Below are positions 55,380 through 64,000 of a stretch of DNA of 64,000 nucleotides, one piece after another (the first letter of the stretch is position 1; the number at the start of each line of letters is the position of its first letter). The notes under the pieces were generated by a model, which was not told the DNA's origin, ran no database searches, and saw only the letters and a list, made by a program, of their open reading frames with translations. The DNA comes from Paragordius varius (Eukaryota > Animalia > Nematomorpha): assembly GCA_964247055.1 (NCBI GenBank), contig OZ176054.1, positions 11,718,001 through 11,782,000 on the forward strand. The letters are read 5' to 3'. A program made the translations under genes and the position numbers.

Positions 55380-55919
55380 TCAATACTTGATTCGAATTGG
55401 GGCACATAAATACCTATATTTAGCTTGATATTAAAAAAAACAAATGAAAGAAACGCTTCCAATTATGCTTCTACCTAATGAATATTATATATATAGGCCA
55501 TAATATCTAAATAAAATGGGTTTTAAGAAAAAAATTCCGCATCGAACTGCTTCGACGCCATTTTTATTTTACAACATTTTTGCAAAATATCGTGTATATT
55601 TGATTTTAAAACTAAACTTTAGTTTACTTTTTATTAAAATTACATTTAACATTAATAATATAAACAAAAAAGTGGTTTATTTTGCATTATTTTTATATTG
55701 CTTCAATTTTTACCTTTGGGCTTTACCTCTCAATTAATAGTATCATATATTTTTGAATGATTTATATTTCGGTTGATCAATGTTATATGAGTGCAAACTT
55801 TTGCCATGGTTTCAATTTATTAAATATTTTTGAAAAAATGAATTTTAAACACGCCTGGGGTAACCAACCACCCCAATTTGAATCGAAGGACTGAAATGAA
55901 TGCTTTGTAATCAAGTTAA
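55380..55919. mobile_element. Older copy of the same piggyBac-like MITE
   Basis: Shares internal blocks and CCCCAATTTGAATCGAAGGACT with 54441-55012; ends degraded. Confidence 0.72.
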
Positions 55920-56140
55920 AATCATTCTAATAAAATAACAGTCATCTTGAACAAGTGGGTATATATGTCTTTTTAATATAGGTATAATTAGTTATATTTT
56001 CTAGATTGTGCCTTCTATGAAATATTGGGTAGCCATATGACCATTTTTTGAGGACAGTGCTTAAAAAGTGTGAGACGTGTTTTGTCCCGTGAGTTCATAT
56101 ACTACGAATTTCGATGCGGAAAACAAAATAAATCGCCGTA

Positions 56141-56400
56141 TTAATTAGGCAGGATAGGTCTATATATACAGAGAATGAGATGTTTGGATGGTAAATTTAA
56201 TTTTTCCGTATTTAAAACTATAATCGCACGATTGCGGCTTTTTGACTGTCGCATCGGCGTAAGGGTGGTAGAAGGGGTCTGTGCTTGCCCTAGGATTCTT
56301 AAATTAAAAGACGTCGAATAAATTTTTTTGATTTTTATCAAAATACTCAATGGCACACCAGCAAATAAATATGGCCTGCTATCAAGAATTCATGAACAGG
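56141..56400 (-). mobile_element. Possible LINE endonuclease fragment
   Basis: HLILCIYRP resembles the APE-endonuclease xxIYRP strand; little other support. Confidence 0.3.
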
Positions 56401-56859
56401 CAAATGCTCGATACACACTTTTTTAACGAATGTTAAATTTTGAAATTAATGTATTTGAGGTAAAAATAAAAATTTTATTGATTATTTACATTGGAAGTTT
56501 TATTAGATGCGTGCGAAATTTTTAATTTTTTTTAAATAATGTATATATGAATACTATAGGAATGGCATGACCCCCCCATACTTCATAAATCTAAAATTCC
56601 TAAACATATCCGTAATTTTGACCCAAAATTAGTTAGTAACATAAAATGATACAGACTTTTTTATTAAATCGTTCTTACATAATAGAATTATATTATAGTT
56701 TGCCAAATTTTGGTAAAGTAGATTTACTACCTATCGAACTCCCAAAGGTTTGGAGATCACGTTGATATGGAGTATAAATTCCAAAAACTGATTTTAGGGA
56801 ATAGGTTGTTTTTAGATTTGTAAGTCAATAGATTATTATATAGATAAATTTTGATATTT

Positions 56860-57810
56860 TAATAAAGCGGAAATGCATAAATCAGATTTTTATTCTCGGC
56901 TTCTACACATTTCGCCCATCCTTTAAATAGTATATGAATGGCGGGCCATAAAAACTAATGTCTTTTTTGCCCAAGCCATTTTTCAGCCTTTTCAAAATTA
57001 TTGAGGTGCTCTGCGAATTTAACCATTGATGCAAAGAGGTAATAGCCAGATGGCTTCAGGTCAGGGGAGTACAGCGGATGCGGAAGGATTTTTTCATCGA
57101 AGAGATTTAAAGATGTCACTAGTTTTGCTGCGTGGACCTTAAAGGTTGATAATACACAATACCGCTTTGTCCCATCAGACACAGGACATGTTCTTCCTGC
57201 AGAACCAATTTGGCATCTGAACCGGCTTAAAGTAAAGCCACAATTTTTCCGTTTAGTTCAAAAAGCTGCTCAGCACCCGTCACAATTCAATGCAAAGATG
57301 ATCTTCTTGGAATTTTTAATGTTTATTCATACTGTTTTACATTTATTTAGTTTATTGGTCTATTCCCTTGCTCGGAGATATCTACTGATTGGGTACATGT
57401 AGTGCCTTTGCCGATTTCCTTGTGTTTGGGTTGTATCATCAACCAATATCTTTTCTTTATATCATCTGCGCGTTTTGTGGCGATATGAGAGCTCTCATAT
57501 CAAAATAACAACTTTTAAATTTTCGAAACAATATTGCTCATGTTTTAATCAATGGAGCTTGTTGACAATATGTTTCTGTCATCAAACCATAACTTTCAAC
57601 AGAATTTTCTTCTTATGGCAGGTGCTGTTTTGGCACAAAATTTTACATAATTGCTCAATGATAAAAATAAAACGCTAGCTTTTTACGAATTCGATTTATG
57701 GGTGGTGTTCGTTTAATTGTCAGATGTGGCGCTGTGTCGGCTGAGCACTTTCTAACGTCTTCTTTTAACGAAACCAATGATTTATGACTACACTTATTTG
57801 CGCAAACTTT
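56860..57810 (-). mobile_element. Mariner transposon relic
   Basis: LPHPLYSPDLKPSGYYLF (YSPDL motif) and degenerate IVTG(D)E; many lesions; ends approximate. Confidence 0.88.
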
Positions 57811-58085
57811 GGTTTGCTTTCCAAGCTTTTTTTGGCTTTAATAAGATGTTTACCAAAAATATATATGCCGTATATCTTCGCCCCTTTTTATATTCCCAAT
57901 GAATCACAAATGATAAATATCCTTATCGTTATTTGGGAGGATCAAAAGTTGGTAAATCATCAAATATTGTCATAAACTGATAATTTTATTTATTTTAACT
58001 TGAATATTAAATTAACAAAGGTTTTAAGATACTTGTTTAAATTAATATTGATTGTTGCAAAAATAATGAAACTACACTCACTATA

Positions 58086-59315
58086 ATGATAACTAAAACC
58101 GGCTTATTAAAATTGCAAAATGGAAATATAACCAATCGTATTACTGCAGCAATTCAAATGAAAAAAATATTTAAAAAGCATAAATCTCCATATCAATACA
58201 TACACATTCCACGAAAGCGGTTAAAACTACCCTATATTACCGTAAAAAAACAGGCGTCTAAAAGAGGCATATTGCTAAAACATTTATATGGAATTGAACC
58301 GTCAATTTTTACAACACACCCAAAAAGACTAAAAAATCTATTCTCTTATTTTTTGGGGAAAAAAGATGAAATAATTCAAGAAAGTGATCAAAAGCTTACG
58401 CAATTTTGCGCCTCTTATCATTGCTTTTATTCACAACTCAAAGACATAGTGATATATCAAATGAGAGTAAACCTAAAATCTGTCTTAATTATCCTTCAAG
58501 GATATCAGGATCATTGGTCAAAAAATGGTAATTACATGGTTTGGGTTAAAGACAAATGTAGCTCGAAAAAGCTTTTCATTACCAAACTGTACCACAAAAA
58601 AATTCTTCCATATCTATGGAAATTGTATGTTAAATATGCTAAAACACAGAGTTTAGTGTTTTGCCTACAAAACGATGCACAAACCCATAACCTTTTAAGA
58701 GAAAATTTAGTTGCCCTAAATGATTTACGAGAAAAATCGAAAGCTAAATTTGATACATTTCCTCCATTTATGATTGTGATAAGGCCAGATATTGATTTAT
58801 CCCTGATATGTTACTTAATAAATCGTAGTTTTGATAAAATGGGAAATGCAGCCTATTTTGGGCTAACAGATAAAGATCGAATAATTAACATTGCTTGTCT
58901 TTTGTACATCAAGTTTGTAAAATGTATTACCAATCAAAAATTAGGTGTTAAAAGATTAAAAACTCTTCAGGACTTACAAGAATCCTGGAACACTTATTTC
59001 AGATTGCCAAATAATTACTGGATCCAAAACAATAGTACACCACAAGAAAGTGAGAAAAAACGGAAGAATAAGCATAAAAAACCTACAAATTTATACATCA
59101 AACCGCCTGTAATAAGAAATGAAGATATTCAAACAATAGTAAACCTATATCAAGATTTAATGATTAAAACCCAAGTTAAACTCATGTACATTATGAAACA
59201 TTGTTTGGGCAAAAGACATTTACAAAGTTTGGGTTTTATTTTATCGCTACTCCGTATGAATGTTGGAATAGACCAAATTTTATTGTTGGCTTCAGTATTT
59301 AAACAAAAATGGTAA
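58086..59315 (+). CDS. Intronless 409-aa basic protein of unknown function
   Basis: ATG-initiated 1230-nt stop-free frame in DNA where stop codons are very frequent; no family recognised. Confidence 0.75.
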   Translation: MITKTGLLKLQNGNITNRITAAIQMKKIFKKHKSPYQYIHIPRKRLKLPYITVKKQASKRGILLKHLYGIEPSIFTTHPKRLKNLFSYFLGKKDEIIQESDQKLTQFCASYHCFYSQLKDIVIYQMRVNLKSVLIILQGYQDHWSKNGNYMVWVKDKCSSKKLFITKLYHKKILPYLWKLYVKYAKTQSLVFCLQNDAQTHNLLRENLVALNDLREKSKAKFDTFPPFMIVIRPDIDLSLICYLINRSFDKMGNAAYFGLTDKDRIINIACLLYIKFVKCITNQKLGVKRLKTLQDLQESWNTYFRLPNNYWIQNNSTPQESEKKRKNKHKKPTNLYIKPPVIRNEDIQTIVNLYQDLMIKTQVKLMYIMKHCLGKRHLQSLGFILSLLRMNVGIDQILLLASVFKQKW

Positions 59316-59551
59316 AAGTTATAATCATATAAAATAATTTATTGTAATAATATTTCTATAAATATTGGACCCCATATGATATAGTTGTATAATATATATG
59401 TAGAAACTAATAAATAAAACCTACCAGCATAATAATAATTACAAAAATATTTTATATTGCATTACACTAAATAAAATATGATAAAATCAGCATAAAAACC
59501 CAAAAAACCATATTAATTTATATATTAAACTGGTTATCTATATGTATAAAA

Positions 59552-62500
59552 TCAGGAATTATTTGACGCAGTATAAAAGTGTAAAAATGGTTTATATTGG
59601 TGTAAAACAGTTTGTAGGGACGAACAAATTTGTCTCGAATTTGAAAGTAAAGAATCGACTACTAAGCTATAAATTTCCAGCAAAACTGGTTCGAATTGAC
59701 TTGGGACGACTATGATAAACAGCATTAGAAATAAATATTAATAATTATAAATTCAATAAAATTAGTGGAAAATACCAGAAAGGCGAATTTTTTTATGGTC
59801 AATATTTGCTTGTTTTTGAGCATCGGAATTACATTCGGCTTGGAAATTTATCAGAAGAAAAGTCAAAGTTGATAGGCTTGTAGTTACTTGATACAATCTC
59901 AATCTAAATTTTGGAAATATAAAAAAATAGAGTTTTTTTTGTCAATTATAAAAAATTAGAGGCAAAAATATTACGTGGGAACTGGGTATTTAACCCAAAG
60001 TGCTTGATCTTTATTATACAAGAATAGGGTCGTTTTTATTTGAAGCAAAATTCGTTCTACAACACTGTAAATTGAGCTAGAATGATCCATCGATGTGGGA
60101 TATTTTCTTTCCATTAATTCACATAGCATTTGTAGGCAATTGGTACGGAAATAAGTGGACATTGCTTGAATATCTTTTGGTAAAATTTATGATTATTTTA
60201 TAAGACTGGATATAAATTTATTCCTAAAAATCAGGAAAATAACCAATTTTTTTTAAAAACGCATTTAAAACGGTTTTAAGTACAGTCATGGCGACTCCAG
60301 AAAATTATTTATTTAATTTTTGATACAATATTAACCGTATTTTACATATTATCTATTTATTAGAACATATTTAATTATTAAATTTTTAGAAAAAAAGGAG
60401 CTTACAATTAATTATTGTAGTTTATATGTTAATATTAATATTTTTCTCGCTAATTTACATTGTATAAAAATAATTACGTTACCTGTAAAATTTAAACCAA
60501 AATTCAAACCATGCAACCAAAAAGTAAAATATTACCAGAAAAAATCCGAAACCCGTTATAAAAGTACTTACCCAAAATTAATAAACTGTTGGAGGAAATG
60601 GAAAAGTTTTGAGCAAACGCAAATTGATTCAAGAATTCTGTACAAGGGATATTCATATCTGATGCAATACATTCCTCAATATATTTTAGTATGGTTGAAG
60701 GGGTGACTAAAATTTGCTTGAAATTAGATTGCGACAGCGAAAATGTTAAGACAGGACCAAGCAAATGGGTTAAAATCCAATTTCGGAGTCTAACATGAGC
60801 CGAAATGACTTGAGAGGCCGTTATTACATTACTTATTGGTGGTATTACAACACTTGTTTTAGTTATAAAATCATTTTTACCAATATTTTTATCGCTTTTA
60901 TTATTGATGTCTAATACCATGATATGAGTAGACAAGGTATAAATCATGTTAATAATTCTATATAATTTGCTTAAAAGCTCATTTTGTTCTTTAGATGATG
61001 CTAGAGTTAATATTTCAGCCGTAATGATGTTAAAAATGATCCATAAATGTTTGGTTAAGAGTGTCAATGTTCGGAAACTAAGACTCCATTTTAATTCACA
61101 GTGTTGGTGAAGGGGGAGATTAATTTTCTAATTAATGTTATATATATATATATATTTAGCATTAAAATATGTGAGTTAAAATTATAAGTGGGTCATTTTT
61201 TATTATAATATCGCATTATTCGCTTTACTTTCTTTATTTTATCATCCAATATTTTAAAACAGATTCGGCTTATTAATATATAAGTAAATTGATTTGACAT
61301 TTTTCCAAATTTGTTCTTTAATATTTAAGAAAAATGGGTAAAATAAAGATGTCCATAGATATATCTTGACAATTAAATATAATACCTAAAAATTATGAGG
61401 TTTATCAAAGAATAAATTAGAGTGGCATTTACATTTTGTTATCAATCACTGATTTTAATTATACCATTTACAATTCACATTCACCCTTGAACAATTCAAA
61501 TTCACCCTAAAATAAATTATGAATTTTCGGGCTAATATAACTTAATTCAACATTAATATGACATATCTTTATGGCATAGTTTATTATTACTTGAGTATTA
61601 TTATTAAACAAAATTTCATTTTAAAAATATGTGTAATTTTTATTCTTAAAAAACACATAATTTATTCAAGGGTGAATTTGAATTGGTCGAGGGTGGATTT
61701 GTAGTTTTTGAGGGTGAATTTGAATTGTTCAAGGTTAAATTGGAATTGTTCAAGGGTAAATTGAAATTGTTTAAAAACGAATTTGAATTGTTTAAGGGAA
61801 TTGAATAGTAAATCGTATATTATATACATATACTGAAAATTACTGTTAAATGCTCCTTTATAATATTAGCAAACATCTCCAGAGTTTTGGAATGATGTTT
61901 GACTGGTAGTTTCTGGGATATATGGTTAATATATAAAATGTTTAGTAAGGAAAAACAAGTCGCACCAAAATTTTCGTTTTTTGAGTTTTGTCCTTTGCGT
62001 CCGGATAATAACTAATTTGTAATAGTTAAAAGCGAATATAATTAAAAAATAAAAATTATATTTAAAATGTATAAATTAAAATTATAACGAAAAAGATAAA
62101 GAGTTACAAACTAATATTTATTTTAAGAAATCCATTTTTAATATAAAACCTATATGAAAATCGGAAATATCAATAATATATATTACCAGTTTACATTTCT
62201 ATTCCTCAATTCGCTAACCAAAACGATAGATTTCATTAAAAAAAAGATATAAAATATAAGATTAATTCTATTTATCGTTATAGACATAATTTTTACTGTA
62301 TATATATTATATAAGTTTCAAACCTCTTTTGCCCTTGAATTTTCGTGTGAAACAATATTTTGCTTATCAGTTTGATAAATATGTAATGTGAAGTTTTGTA
62401 AAATCCTTATGAGTAACACAGTAAAATCTGCATTATTTCCATGGTTAGGATGAACTTTTGAATTAGGATTATGATTGGTTACCTATTATTATATGTAAAT

Positions 62501-63786
62501 TATAATTAAAATTAGTCAAAATATTTTTTTTGTTTTCAAAGATTTAGATCGAAAGCATTTAACAAAAAATTGTAATATTGTCAAACGAAATAAGATTTTT
62601 ATTATTTGTTGAATAAACTTTTTAGTATAAATAACATTTTTTATTTCTACTAATTTTATTTAAATATTTTTCAATAACTAAATTAAATTTCAAATGAAAA
62701 AAAATGATATATAACCAACCAAGTTGACGAGATCAGCGAAAAATGATAGCGTAATTTTTTGAAAGGGTGAACTTAAAGTTGTTATAGCAAGATTTGTTAA
62801 ATTATCTCCAAGCATTCTTAACTCTGGTGCAGAATTTAAATGCTTAATTAAATTTTCCCCTTCCAATAATGCATTATTAAAATTATTGGGTTGTTCTGGA
62901 GTGTTTATATGATTTCTATCAGTATTGATATCATTTGACATAAGTCCTTTTTGTAATTCATTTAATGTGCTCATATACAAAGCATTTTCATAACCTAACA
63001 AAGTAGGTTCATCATGAGTAATTTCAACAACATTTTTTTCGATCTTTTTGGTGTCCAAACTCAGTTGTTTTTGAGTGGTTTTATTATTAAACAACTCTTG
63101 AAAACAATCAACTACTGTTTCGGAATTATTATTATTAATGTTCAGGCTCCAACCATAAGTTAAAAGAACATCCCTTGGGACTTGGATAAAATCAAATAAA
63201 AGTGGATGACATATTCGATCACACAATTCGGAAAGTAAATTTTCGCTCCGATTATTATTAGTATAGATATAATGGGCAAAATTTGGACATAGCTCATATA
63301 TGGTTAAAACATTTGAGCATAAATTGCTTACTGTCAATAAGCTTGTTATATGAATATTATCATCATTTTTAAGATTTGAACTTATATTAGAAGTACAAAA
63401 ACGATGGATATGAAATTGTGTAGTTTCAAACCATATCTCATACATAGTTGTTGATAAGATTTGTGAGTTTTCCGCCCTTAAATGACATACATTAAAATTA
63501 AATAATAACCATAATACAATAATTATCTAATAAATTAAAACTTACTTTTTATTAGGGTCCACAATATTTGAATTAGACTGCTGAGGGCTAGTTTGAGCGA
63601 AGTTATTATCTAAAAGTTAAAATTTATATTTACCACCATTTTTACAAAGCGTGAAAACGGTGGAAAAGTAATATAGAAAAAGTTCTTTAAAGCACTTTAG
63701 TGCACATGAACATATTTCTTGAACTGTGCCATTCTTAGACACCTGACTGAGATAGCGTAATGTCCAAATCCAACATTCTTCAAATT
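59552..63786 (-). CDS. MON2: MON2 (Sec7-related endosome/Golgi scaffold), C-terminal part; exons 63786-63634, 63609-63546, 63476-62720, 62482-62324, 61912-61844, 61385-61261, 61077-60572, 60173-59975, 59903-59776, 59709-59552
   Basis: All ten exons join in phase. Segments EECWIWTL..EICSCALKCFKEL, YFRTNCLQML, KYPVP and IYSLVVDSLLSNSRQICSSLQTVL parallel the remembered MON2 C-terminus. The 5' end is outside the window. Confidence 0.75.
61462..61817. mobile_element. Family-A foldback MITE copy in MON2 intron
   Basis: TA-TACCATTTAC...GTAAATCGTA-TA, about six degenerate right-arm 21-bp units. Confidence 0.88.
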
Positions 63787-64000
63787 CTGAATACATATAC
63801 AGTGAAAAATTTTGATTTTTGATATAAAATATAAAGAGCAATATTTTTTTTAATAAATAGTAGATCTTAATAAAATACTCATGTAATTTACATTTGTGAA
63901 ACATAAAAGTGAGTATGTTACCAATTTACATATCTATCCTCTATTTCACAAAAATTATAGCTAAATATTAAAAAATTAGGTTTAAAATTATGGTTTTCTT

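Noticed and set aside
57903-57980. LGGSKVGKSS looks like a small-GTPase P-loop
   Set aside because: Only about 26 codons between stops, with no start and no other G motifs.

Overview
Very AT-rich eukaryotic (most likely animal) nuclear DNA read with the standard genetic code. I reconstructed spliced genes by hand from GT..AG junctions and frame continuity: WASP (-, 3' end outside window), LAMTOR5-like (+), LACTB (-), DNAJC8 (+), TTF1-like Myb protein (-), NKAP (-) and the C-terminal part of MON2 (-, 5' end outside window). There is also an intronless 409-codon orphan ORF (+). Gene names rest on remembered family motifs, not database searches. Intron sizes are strongly bimodal: at least 11 GT-AG micro-introns of 22-31 nt, mostly 5'-proximal, sit beside 1-3.6 kb introns filled with transposons. 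Mobile DNA includes about 10 copies of a TA-flanked foldback MITE family with 21-bp subterminal arrays plus a sister subfamily, CAGT-ended MITEs, TTAA piggyBac-like MITEs, two hAT elements with intact 8-bp TSDs, two non-autonomous Helitrons, and Harbinger, Ty3/gypsy, RTE and mariner relics. About 37.1-57.8 kb is a nested TE island with no host gene I could support. The most notable observations are the micro-intron system, a 48-bp head-to-head LACTB/DNAJC8 spacer, a graded tandem amplification of the NKAP exon end and splice donor, an in-frame long/short DNAJC8 C-terminus, two TE relics arranged as head-to-head inverted duplications, and the orphan ORF.
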